This document shows positions 16,741-24,900 of a stretch of DNA of 39,144 nt, piece by piece. The notes under the pieces are model-generated. The model made no database searches. It saw only the letters and a program-made list of their open reading frames with translations, and was not told the DNA's origin. Within the stretch, counting starts at the first letter, position 1. Each line of letters opens with the position of its first letter. Source of the stretch: a virus. Location: the IMG/VR virus record IMGVR_UViG_3300005454_000004, positions 1-39,144 of that record, one strand, 5' to 3'. A program made the position numbers and the translations under genes.

Positions 16741-18389
16741 TGGCCTACGAAGGCGGCTACACCTCCGCAATCAACTCGCAGCAGAGCCGCGCGATGCAGG
16801 AGGCCTATCGCCAGGCCGAAATGCAGCGCATGGTGCAGACCGCGATCGCCTTCCAGCAGCAGCAGCAGCAGCGGGAGCGCCAAGCGCGCGCGCGCGCCGG
16901 ATTGGCCGAGATGCTGCCCGAGCTCACCCAGATCGGCCGCCCGCCGCCCGAGGGAGCCCAGCCGCCCGAGCCCGGCGCCTCGTCGCAGCCCATGGCGCGG
17001 CCCCAGCCGGTCCCGATGCCGTCGCCTGCTGGCCCCATCCCGCCGCCCCCCGGCGTCGGCCCCGCTTCGCCCCCGTCGGCCGCGGCAGCCGCCGCGCCCA
17101 TGCCTCCGGGCGCCGGCACGGGGGCACCAATGCCCAAAAATGGGCTTCCAGCGGCCGCAGCGCCGCCCGGGGCTGCACCGGGGTGGAAGCCGCTCCCGAA
17201 GCCGCCGGAGGCCGCCCAGGCCGGTCCTGGAGGCATTCCGCCGCCTCCGGGCGAGGGTGCCGTCATGCCGAGGACCGTGATCAGCGTGGGCGACCTCACG
17301 AAGCTGCTCGCCTCGAAGGGCATCAAGGGCACCCAGGCGCTCGACATGATCGACGAGTGGAAGCCCTACATGGACAGCCAGAACAAGGCCGAGCTCGAGG
17401 CCATGCGGGTCCAGAACCGGGCGCAGGCGGCGGCCATGAACGCGTACGCCCACGTGCTTCAGGCGCACGCCGCGCAGCAGCGCGCGGATACCGGCGCCAA
17501 TAAGCTCGACCGGGTCGACGCTCCGGTGGCCGCGGCGAAGGTGCAGAAGCTCGCCGCGGGCGGGGGCGGAAAGCCTGGCGCGGCAGCGCCCTACAAACCG
17601 CCCGAGGACCAGGCCTCGAAGGACGCGCTCGACATCCAGGCGTGGAAGTACATCCAGACCGGCAACCTGCCGTATCGCAAGGGCACGGGCGGCGGGGCCG
17701 ACCGGAACGACTCGATCACGCGGCGCGCCGGCGAGATCGCGCGCGAGCTCGGCATGTCGGCGCAGGAGATGGCGTCGAAGCCCGCCGAGTGGAAGGCGGA
17801 CGCTGCCTCGCTCTCGACGCAGACGAAGAAGCTCGACTCCATCCAGGGCGTGCTGAACTCGTTCCACAACAACCTCGACACGTGGGACTCGCTCGCGAAA
17901 GGCGTGAAGCCCGCGCTCGGCGGCAAGGCGATGGACGAGTTCGCCAAGGATCTGCGCAAGGTCGACTTCACGGGGATCCGCTCGATCGACGAGGTGAAGC
18001 TGCGCATCGAGGCGCAGTTCAACGACCCGACGGTCTCCGCGATGATGGTCGCGGCGATGGCGGCGGGCATGGACTACGCCCGCATCATGCAGGGCCCGCA
18101 GTCGGCCGCGAGCCTCACCGAGGGCGGTCGCAAGGAGGCCGAGCGCCTCATCAACGCGTCGGTTGACGACAAGGCGCGCACGGGTGTGAGGGCCGCGCTG
18201 GAGTCGGACACCGAGGGGCAGGTGAAGGGCCTGCGCGACCAGATGGACTCGATTCGCAAGCGCCTGGGCATGCGTCCCGCGGCCGGCGGCGGTGCGGGCT
18301 CCAAGGGCGAGTACGTCGAGCTCCGCAAGACGAAAGACGGGAAGACGATCGGCAAGAAAGCCGACGGCACGCTGGAGCTGCTCGATTGA
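16740..18389 (+). CDS. Putative internal virion / ejection protein with poly-Gln and a long Pro-rich region (549 aa)
   Basis: Its ATG starts on the last base of the previous TAA stop (TAATG). QQQQQQ from (CAG)6 near 16852. The Pro-rich region runs about 16900-17270. The C-terminal half is helical. Confidence 0.7.
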   Translation: MAYEGGYTSAINSQQSRAMQEAYRQAEMQRMVQTAIAFQQQQQQRERQARARAGLAEMLPELTQIGRPPPEGAQPPEPGASSQPMARPQPVPMPSPAGPIPPPPGVGPASPPSAAAAAAPMPPGAGTGAPMPKNGLPAAAAPPGAAPGWKPLPKPPEAAQAGPGGIPPPPGEGAVMPRTVISVGDLTKLLASKGIKGTQALDMIDEWKPYMDSQNKAELEAMRVQNRAQAAAMNAYAHVLQAHAAQQRADTGANKLDRVDAPVAAAKVQKLAAGGGGKPGAAAPYKPPEDQASKDALDIQAWKYIQTGNLPYRKGTGGGADRNDSITRRAGEIARELGMSAQEMASKPAEWKADAASLSTQTKKLDSIQGVLNSFHNNLDTWDSLAKGVKPALGGKAMDEFAKDLRKVDFTGIRSIDEVKLRIEAQFNDPTVSAMMVAAMAAGMDYARIMQGPQSAASLTEGGRKEAERLINASVDDKARTGVRAALESDTEGQVKGLRDQMDSIRKRLGMRPAAGGGAGSKGEYVELRKTKDGKTIGKKADGTLELLD

Positions 18390-20017
18390 GCCTACAGGCC
18401 GACTGGGATGCCGCGGTTCCCGTGGGCGTGAAGCCCGGCGGCGATCTCGCTTCGCAGTGGGAGCAGGCGACGCCGGTCAAGATCCCGACGAAGTCGGCCG
18501 CGGCACCGAAGGAGGAAAACCCGCGTTCGGCGAAGAACCTCGTGGGCGCCGCGATCGAGCCCGGCATGTCGCTTGCGTCCGGCGCCGTCGCGGGTCCGGC
18601 CTCGGGCCTCGCCGGTATCGCGGGCGCGGTGCTGCCGGGACCGCCCGGGCAGGGCGCGCGCTGGGCCGAGAACGTCGGCCAGGGCCTCACCTACCAGCCG
18701 CGCACCACCGGCGGACGCAACGCGATGGAGGCGATCAGCTATCCGTTCCGCAAGGTGAGCGAGGGCGCGAACGCCGCCGGCGAGCGTATCGCCGACGCGA
18801 CCGGCTCCCCGGCGCTCGGTGCCGGCGTCAACACCGCGATCCAGAGCATCCCGCAGCTCGTGGGCGCGAAGGGCGCGCAATTGCTCAAGAAGCCGCCCGC
18901 GCCGAAGCTGGATCCGGACGTGAAGACGCTCATCGACCGCGGCGTGAAGGTCACCCCGGGCCAGATCGTGCCGAAGCTCAAGCGCGCGGAGGAAGCGGCG
19001 CAGAGCATCCCGTTCGCGGGCGACTTCGTGAAAGACGCCCACGGTCGCGCGGTGGAGTCGTTCAACCGCGCCGGCTGGAACGACGCGCTCAAGGCCGCGG
19101 GCGAGAAAGAGATGCCCGCGACGGTGAAGACCGGCAACCAGGCCTCGGCGTACGTGAAGGAGCGCCTGGGCGACCGGTACGAGGAACTGCTCGGCAAGAT
19201 GGTCGGCCGTCTCGACAATGCGCCCCCGAAGAATGCTCTGCCGGCTCCGGGCCAACTCGGTCAGCCGCCGAGGCCTTCGCTGCGCCAGGAGCTTGACCAG
19301 CTGCTGGCCCTCGCGAAACAGGACGGCGGTCTGCCGCCGCGCGAGATGCGCCAGCTGCGGCGCATCGTCGACAAGGAGATCAAGGCCAAGTTCGACAAGA
19401 ATGGCGCGGCGCCGGGCGACACGCTGAAGGCCATCCAGGAGACGCTGCGCAAGGAAGAGGGCGAGTTCCGCACGGGCGGGCCCTACGAACGCAAGCTCGC
19501 CGACGCGATCAAGGAAGCCGACGCGGCCGTGCGCCGGATGGTACGCGAGGCGAACCCGAAGCACGCTGCCGAGCTCGACAAGATCGACGCCGGCTACGCC
19601 CGCTTCAAGATCGCGCAGCGCGCCGCGGGATCGGTCGGCAACCAGGAGGGAGTCGTCAAGCCCTCGGCCTATGACCGCTCGGTGCGAACCAGCGACCGCT
19701 CGAAGGACCACGCCCGCTACTCCGAGGGCAAGGCCCTGCAGCAGGACCTGTCGGGCGCCGGCAAGCGCGTCCTCTCGGACACGCTGCCCGATTCGGGCAC
19801 GCCGTTCCGGATCTCGCTCATGCACGCCCTCACCAACCCGAAGGCGCTCGCCGCGATGGGACTCGCCGGTATCCCGACCGCGATGCTCTACAGCCCGATG
19901 GGCATCCAGCTGATGCAGCGCATGCTCACCCGACCGCCAGCCGCGGGCCGCGCGGGCGCGATCGCCGCGCCGATCGGTGCCGCGCAGTACGGCCAACTTC
20001 CCCCGCCGCCGCAGTGA
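18386..20017 (+). CDS. Putative internal virion / ejection protein (543 aa)
   Basis: TTG start overlapping the previous stop (TTGA), so the start is uncertain. High GC3 throughout. Confidence 0.65.
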   Translation: MSLQADWDAAVPVGVKPGGDLASQWEQATPVKIPTKSAAAPKEENPRSAKNLVGAAIEPGMSLASGAVAGPASGLAGIAGAVLPGPPGQGARWAENVGQGLTYQPRTTGGRNAMEAISYPFRKVSEGANAAGERIADATGSPALGAGVNTAIQSIPQLVGAKGAQLLKKPPAPKLDPDVKTLIDRGVKVTPGQIVPKLKRAEEAAQSIPFAGDFVKDAHGRAVESFNRAGWNDALKAAGEKEMPATVKTGNQASAYVKERLGDRYEELLGKMVGRLDNAPPKNALPAPGQLGQPPRPSLRQELDQLLALAKQDGGLPPREMRQLRRIVDKEIKAKFDKNGAAPGDTLKAIQETLRKEEGEFRTGGPYERKLADAIKEADAAVRRMVREANPKHAAELDKIDAGYARFKIAQRAAGSVGNQEGVVKPSAYDRSVRTSDRSKDHARYSEGKALQQDLSGAGKRVLSDTLPDSGTPFRISLMHALTNPKALAAMGLAGIPTAMLYSPMGIQLMQRMLTRPPAAGRAGAIAAPIGAAQYGQLPPPPQ

Positions 20018-20018
20018 G

Positions 20019-21368
20019 ATGTCGCGCCGGCTCCTCCTGATCGACACCTGGAGCAACTTCCTCGACTTCGCGATGCGAGCGCAGGAATGGGGCTGGGAGG
20101 TGGTGTGGTGGGACCGCAACCGGAAGGACGGCTCGGTGCGCACCGCCGGGCATGGCATCGTGAATCGCCTCATCGACTACGACCAGCTGCGGTCGAAGTA
20201 TCTCGACTGGGCCGATCTCATCGTGCTCGCCGACAACACGAACTACCTCGACATGCTGGAGCCGTACCGGGAGGCGGGTTATCCCATCTTCGGGCCGTCG
20301 TGCGAGGCCGCCGAGCTGGAGCTCGATCGCGCCAAGGGACAGGAGGCGATGAGGCGCGCGGGCCTTAACATCATCCCCGGCGTGGAGTTCCATGATTACG
20401 ACGCCGCGGCGCGCTTCGTGGAGAAGCATCCGACCTATCTAGTGTCGAAGCCCTCGGGCGACGCCAACAAGGCGCTTTCGTATGTAGCGCCGAACACTGC
20501 GGCGCTCCTCTACATGTTCGAGCGCTGGGCGCGCAACGAGAAGTACGTGCGCGACGCGCGCAAGCACGGCTTCATCCTCCAGGAGAAGAAGACCGGGTGC
20601 GAGTTCGCCGTGGGCGGCTGGTTCGGTCCTGACGGGTGGTCGCGCTTCTTCTACGAGAACTTCGAGTTCAAGAAGCTCATGGCGGGCGACCTTGGCCCCA
20701 ACACGGGCGAGATGGGGACGCTCTCGATGTACGTGCGGAAGTCGAAGCTCGCCGACATCGCTCTGAAACCCATGACCAAGCAGCTCAAGGCCCTCGACTA
20801 CGTGGGCTTCGTCGACGTGTCCGGCATGGTCGACGACGCGGGCGAGTTCTGGCCCTTCGAGTTCACGATGCGCCCGGGCTGGCCCACCTTCCACAATCAG
20901 ATGGCGACCACCGAGGGCGACCCCGCGCAGTGGATGCTCGACAAGCTCGCCGGCCGCGACACGCTCAAGGTGCGCGAGAACCAGGCGTGCGTCTCGGTGC
21001 TGATGGCGATCCCCGACTTCCCCTATTCGAAGCTCACGAACAAGGAAGTCTCGGGCATCCCCGTGTACCTGAACGACGCCGACCGCAGCGCCGTCCACCT
21101 CTCGGAGGTGAAGCTGGGGGAGGCGTACGTGCAAGTGAACGGCCAGCCGTTGAAGATGCCGTGCTATGTCTCGTCGGGAGACTACGTCGCCGTGGTGACG
21201 GGCGTCGGCGAAACCATCACCGGCGCGCGGCGCAGCGCCTACTCGCAGGTCCGCAAGATCAAGATGCCGGCCGACCCGTTCTACCGACCCGACATCGGCG
21301 CGGGGCGCCTCGTGAAGGAGTTGCCCCTCGTGCAGAAGCACGGCTTCGCGCAGGGGTTCAAGGTATGA
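20019..21368 (+). CDS. PurD (glycinamide ribonucleotide synthetase)-like ATP-grasp ligase (449 aa)
   Basis: Collinear with E. coli PurD as I remember it: [22 protein letters not shown] vs [33 protein letters not shown] vs [37 protein letters not shown] vs [49 protein letters not shown]...RPDIG vs GGRVLCVTALGHTVAEAQKRAY...RKDIG. The N-terminal GNGGREHA motif is absent. Confidence 0.85.
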   Translation: [449 protein letters not shown]

Positions 21369-21895
21369 GCGACGTCCCCATCGCCCCCGCATTCAACGAC
21401 GCGAACATCGAGCGCGCGCTGATCGAGGCGCAGGGCGACCTGCACATCGCCTCCCAGCTCCTCGGCCACGTGACGGTCCTCAAACTCGACCGCGCGATCC
21501 GCGCCTCCGACCGCCTGCAGCAGGTATTCCTCACGATCAAGCAGGTGAAGGCGCTTCCGGAGTACGACCGCATCTCGCAGGAGCAACTCGAGCAGGAACT
21601 GGTGCGCCGCCTAACGCTCTACCGGGTCGACGCGATGGACGCCCTGCACGACCTCGCGACCATGCCGATCGACGAGAATTCGGCCATGGCGCAAGTGAAG
21701 CTCGCCGCGGCGGCGCGGCTATCGGGATCGGTCACGCCGCAGGCCGGCGGCTCCGACATGGAGCAGACGCTCCGGGACCTGAACGAGCTCTACCACCGCG
21801 AGGCGCCGCGCATCAAGATCACGCGGCAACAGACGACAATCGAGTTCGCGCCGGGTGAGCGGGCAATCGAGGGGTCGGCAGCGCCTGCGGATTGA
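21365..21895 (+). CDS. Hypothetical protein with a Fis/NtrC-type (HTH_8-like) N-terminal helix-turn-helix (176 aa)
   Basis: ATGA overlap with the ATP-grasp gene. ERALIEAQGDLHIASQLLGHVTVLKLDRAIR resembles the A-x3-G-N-x3-AA-x2-LG-x-R-x-L pattern. Last gene of the long + operon. Confidence 0.6.
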   Translation: MSDVPIAPAFNDANIERALIEAQGDLHIASQLLGHVTVLKLDRAIRASDRLQQVFLTIKQVKALPEYDRISQEQLEQELVRRLTLYRVDAMDALHDLATMPIDENSAMAQVKLAAAARLSGSVTPQAGGSDMEQTLRDLNELYHREAPRIKITRQQTTIEFAPGERAIEGSAAPAD

Positions 21896-22799
21896 ATTCG
21901 GCGCTCGCCTCCACGCGGGCGATGATCTCCTCGAGGCGCGTGTCGGCGGTGCGCTGGCGCGCATCCAACCGTTCCCAGTGCGGCACGATCTCGTCCAGGT
22001 CGTAGCAGAAGAGCGTGTCGCGGACCGCGACGTGCCCGCGGCGCTCGAGGAGCCGCATCGCGACCTTCCAGTGGCGCACGCGCTTGGAGATTTCGGCGGG
22101 CACCACGAGGCGCGCGCCCTCGAGCTGCGGGCACTCGTCGAGGAACGCGTAGGCGGCCGATAGCGTGGGCTCCCCGAGCGGGGCGATGCGCGGCGACACC
22201 TGCCACACCATCTTGAAGGCCCGCGGCGGCAGCATCGCGCGGCGCGCGCAGCCGAGCTCGGCGCTGCGCATGCCCATGTACGCCTGCGCCTGGCGCTCGG
22301 CAACGACTGGGGCGGTCAAGCGCATGCCCACGGCGGCGGCGACCTCCGGGCACGCGGGCGCGGCCGCGATGAAGTCGTAGAGGCGACGACACTGCTCGGC
22401 CCTGGGGAAGTTGCTGCGCACCCACCGCCGGTGCTCGTTCCAGTTCGGCGGCCGGTACACGACCGCGATCTCGCTGGTGCCCTCGGTCCAGGCGTCCAGT
22501 TGCGGGATCGAGATCGGGCATTCGGAGATCAGCTGGGCCGGGTGCGCGGCGATGTTCTCCAGCGCCACGTAGGCGCGGTCGTAGATGCACAGGCCGCCTT
22601 CCCGGTTCCACGCCGCGAGCTGTGTGTCGAATTCTTGCGGGTTCAGGACGATGAAGGGATTCAGGTCCGCGAGCGCCGCGCGCCGCAGGCGCAGGGGATT
22701 CCACAGGTTGTTCTTATTGCGGACGAGGACCCGCCCGTAGCGCCGCAGGAGCTCGCGCGCGGTTTCCTCCCGATTGCGGGTGTGAACGATCTCGGTCAC
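21819..22799 (-). CDS. Orphan hypothetical protein (326 aa), the only minus-strand gene between the virion and lysis modules
   Basis: GTG start. High GC3 over most of its length. The last ~25 codons have lower GC3 and overlap the convergent + gene by 77 nt. I recognise no motif. Confidence 0.6.
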   Translation of the reverse strand: MTEIVHTRNREETARELLRRYGRVLVRNKNNLWNPLRLRRAALADLNPFIVLNPQEFDTQLAAWNREGGLCIYDRAYVALENIAAHPAQLISECPISIPQLDAWTEGTSEIAVVYRPPNWNEHRRWVRSNFPRAEQCRRLYDFIAAAPACPEVAAAVGMRLTAPVVAERQAQAYMGMRSAELGCARRAMLPPRAFKMVWQVSPRIAPLGEPTLSAAYAFLDECPQLEGARLVVPAEISKRVRHWKVAMRLLERRGHVAVRDTLFCYDLDEIVPHWERLDARQRTADTRLEEIIARVEASAEFNPQALPTPRLPAHPARTRLSSVAA

Positions 22800-22814
22800 G
22801 GTCGGCGCCCATCT

Positions 22815-22841
22815 TTGAAAAAGCCCATATTTGAGTATAGA
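22815..22841. promoter_or_regulatory. Copy 4 of the motif (AAAAAGCCCATATTTGAGT) in the 66-nt divergent intergenic region
   Basis: TTGAAA(22815-22820)-15 nt-TATAGA(22836-22841) on +. On - the same bases read TATACT, a -10-like element for the orphan gene. RBS AGGGAGG precedes the ATG at 22866. Confidence 0.35.
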
Positions 22842-22865
22842 CTTTCCCGCGATAGGGAGGCTCCC

Positions 22866-23165
22866 ATGACCTCACGCGTAGAAGAGGACTCGTTCGAGAT
22901 CGAAGGGCCGATGGGGACACACGCCAGGGCCCGCGGCCCCGGCGCGATGCTGGCGCTGCTGATCGTCACCGGCTTCGCCGGCATGGTGGCCCTCTGGTGG
23001 GTGCATCACAACCAGATGCTCACCGATCACGACCTGGTCAAGCAGGAATTCAACGAGATGGTTTACGTGCTCTCCCTGCCGGAAGAGGAGCGCGCGAAGC
23101 TGCGCCTCGCGATGCCGGAATCGTTGCGGCACAAGGTGCGGCGCGCCCATGAGGAAACGCAGTGA
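22866..23165 (+). CDS. Single-pass membrane protein (99 aa); i-spanin, antiholin or holin-like candidate
   Basis: RBS AGGGAGG. One TM segment (AMLALLIVTGFAGMVALWWV) followed by a charged helical tail. First gene of the lysis cassette. Confidence 0.55.
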   Translation: MTSRVEEDSFEIEGPMGTHARARGPGAMLALLIVTGFAGMVALWWVHHNQMLTDHDLVKQEFNEMVYVLSLPEEERAKLRLAMPESLRHKVRRAHEETQ

Positions 23166-23578
23166 CACTCGGGGAAAAGCAGCGCCTTTTCACCCGCCTC
23201 CTCGCGAATCTCATCGCCTGGGCCTACGGGCAAGGTTACGAGATTTCGGTGGGCGAGGCGTGGCGCACCGACGAGCAGGCGGAGATCAACGCGATGGGCC
23301 CGTGGGGCCGGGAGCGCGTGGCGGCCTTCATCGAGGACCTGTGGCCCGTGTTCGCGGCGAAGCTCCGCAACAACGCGGGCTCCGGGATCCGCAACAGCCT
23401 GCACGAGCGGCGTCTCGCGATGGACCTGAACCTCTTCAAGGGCGGCGCGCTCCTCACCAAGGCCGAGGACTACGAGCCGCTCGGCGTGTACTGGGAATCG
23501 CTCGATCCGCAGTGCTGCTGGGGCGGGCGCTTCAGCGACGCGGACCACTTCTCGATCACCGACGGAGGGCAACGGTAA
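23162..23578 (+). CDS. Endolysin, peptidase M15 (VanY / L-alanyl-D-glutamate peptidase-like) family (138 aa)
   Basis: Zinc-ligand pattern NSLHERRLAMDL (H-x6-D) and CCWGGRFSDADHFS (D-x-x-H), plus RTDEQ upstream. Confidence 0.85.
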   Translation: MTLGEKQRLFTRLLANLIAWAYGQGYEISVGEAWRTDEQAEINAMGPWGRERVAAFIEDLWPVFAAKLRNNAGSGIRNSLHERRLAMDLNLFKGGALLTKAEDYEPLGVYWESLDPQCCWGGRFSDADHFSITDGGQR

Positions 23579-23856
23579 TGGACGAAGCCAACAAGCAAGC
23601 ACTTCTCAGCGCAATTCGCTCCCTCCTCATCGTGCTCGGCTCGTCGCTTATCGCGCACGGCTGGGTCACCGACACGCAGTGGACGCAGATCGTCGGCGCG
23701 CTCACGACCATCGCCCCGATCGCCTGGGGCGTGTTGGACAAGTTCCAGGCGGAGAAGAACACGCAGGCCCGCGTGGCCGATGCGGTCGCCACCGCCACCG
23801 GCGCGCACCCGACACTCACCGCGGCGGATGCCGCCAATGACGGAGGTAAGCCATGA
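23578..23856 (+). CDS. Holin candidate with two TM segments (92 aa)
   Basis: Its ATG starts on the last base of the endolysin TAA stop (TAATG). LLSAIRSLLIVLGSSLIAHGW and IVGALTTIAPIAWGVL are the TM segments, followed by a charged C-terminus. Confidence 0.65.
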   Translation: MDEANKQALLSAIRSLLIVLGSSLIAHGWVTDTQWTQIVGALTTIAPIAWGVLDKFQAEKNTQARVADAVATATGAHPTLTAADAANDGGKP

Positions 23857-24218
23857 AGCTGTTGTTCGCTGCAATCCTTTCGTTCGTCCTCGCGGCGTGC
23901 GCCACCGGCGCCACGCCGACCGATCCCGCGCAGGCGGTGTACCAGGCCAAGGCCGACTACACCGCCGCGCTCACGGTCGCCGTCGCCTACCGGAACCTGC
24001 CGCCGTGCGGCGCCGGGCCCGCGGTCCTGTGCTCGCAGGCGAAAGTGGTGGCCCAGCTGCAGCAGGCCGACGACGTCGCCTACCCAGCCCTCCAGGCGGC
24101 CGAGAACACGGTGCGCGCGCCGGGCGCCGGCGCCAATGCGCAGACCGCCATCCTCGCCGCGCAGCAGGCCGTCGCCGCGCTCACGGCGATCACCCAGACC
24201 CTCCAGGTGAAGCCATGA
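23853..24218 (+). CDS. Lipoprotein (121 aa); outer-membrane spanin candidate
   Basis: Lipobox MKLLFAAILSFVLAAC. Located in the lysis cassette. ATGA overlaps on both sides. Confidence 0.65.
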   Translation: MKLLFAAILSFVLAACATGATPTDPAQAVYQAKADYTAALTVAVAYRNLPPCGAGPAVLCSQAKVVAQLQQADDVAYPALQAAENTVRAPGAGANAQTAILAAQQAVAALTAITQTLQVKP

Positions 24219-24451
24219 ACCCCGCCATCCTGCTGTACGCAATCCAGATCCTCAACGCGCTGCCGCAACTGATCATGACCGGCCAGAACGTGATCGCCGT
24301 GGTGCAGAAGCACCGCGATGCGCTGGAGCGGATGGCGGCCGAGGGGCGCGACCCGAATCCCCAAGAATGGGCCGAACTGAACGCCACCATCGACGGCCTG
24401 CGCGCGCAGCTGCATGCGCCGCAGTCCACCACCACGCCGGTCCCGCAATAA
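24215..24451 (+). CDS. Small protein with a hydrophobic N-terminus and helical C-terminus (78 aa); alternative i-spanin candidate
   Basis: ATGA overlap with the lipoprotein gene. N-terminus MNPAILLYAIQILNALPQLIMTG. Confidence 0.5.
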   Translation: MNPAILLYAIQILNALPQLIMTGQNVIAVVQKHRDALERMAAEGRDPNPQEWAELNATIDGLRAQLHAPQSTTTPVPQ

Positions 24452-24465
24452 CTGAGGAAGACCAC

Positions 24466-24900
24466 ATGAGCGAAGCCATCACTCTCGAATCCCTCAACGC
24501 GAAGCTGGACACGCTGCTCGCGATCGCCCAAGCGAGCGGCACCCCGCCGACTGCGAAGGCGTACGACCGTCCCGAGCTCAGCGTGGACCAGATCACCGCC
24601 TTCGACGGCCACACGGTGAACGCCGACGGCTCGATCTGGGGCGTGTCGAACTACCCCCAGCAGGGCGTAAAGATCCGGGAGTATTTCGGGTACATCTCGC
24701 CCGCGAAGACGCCCGACATCTGGACCGCAGGTCTGAAGCTCCTGGGCCCGGAGCGCTTCGCCGTGTGGGAGGCTGGCTGGAAGGCGAACCCGTACGGCGT
24801 GTACCACGCCGACATCCGCGCGGAGCTCGCCAACGGCGTGGCGAACTTCATGCTCTTCAGCATGGCCTACGGGCAGCCCGCGCGAACCGTCGTGCAGTGA
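24466..24900 (+). CDS. Hypothetical protein (144 aa), attP-proximal
   Basis: ATG preceded by GAGGAAG. High GC3. No recognisable motif. Confidence 0.6.
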   Translation: MSEAITLESLNAKLDTLLAIAQASGTPPTAKAYDRPELSVDQITAFDGHTVNADGSIWGVSNYPQQGVKIREYFGYISPAKTPDIWTAGLKLLGPERFAVWEAGWKANPYGVYHADIRAELANGVANFMLFSMAYGQPARTVVQ

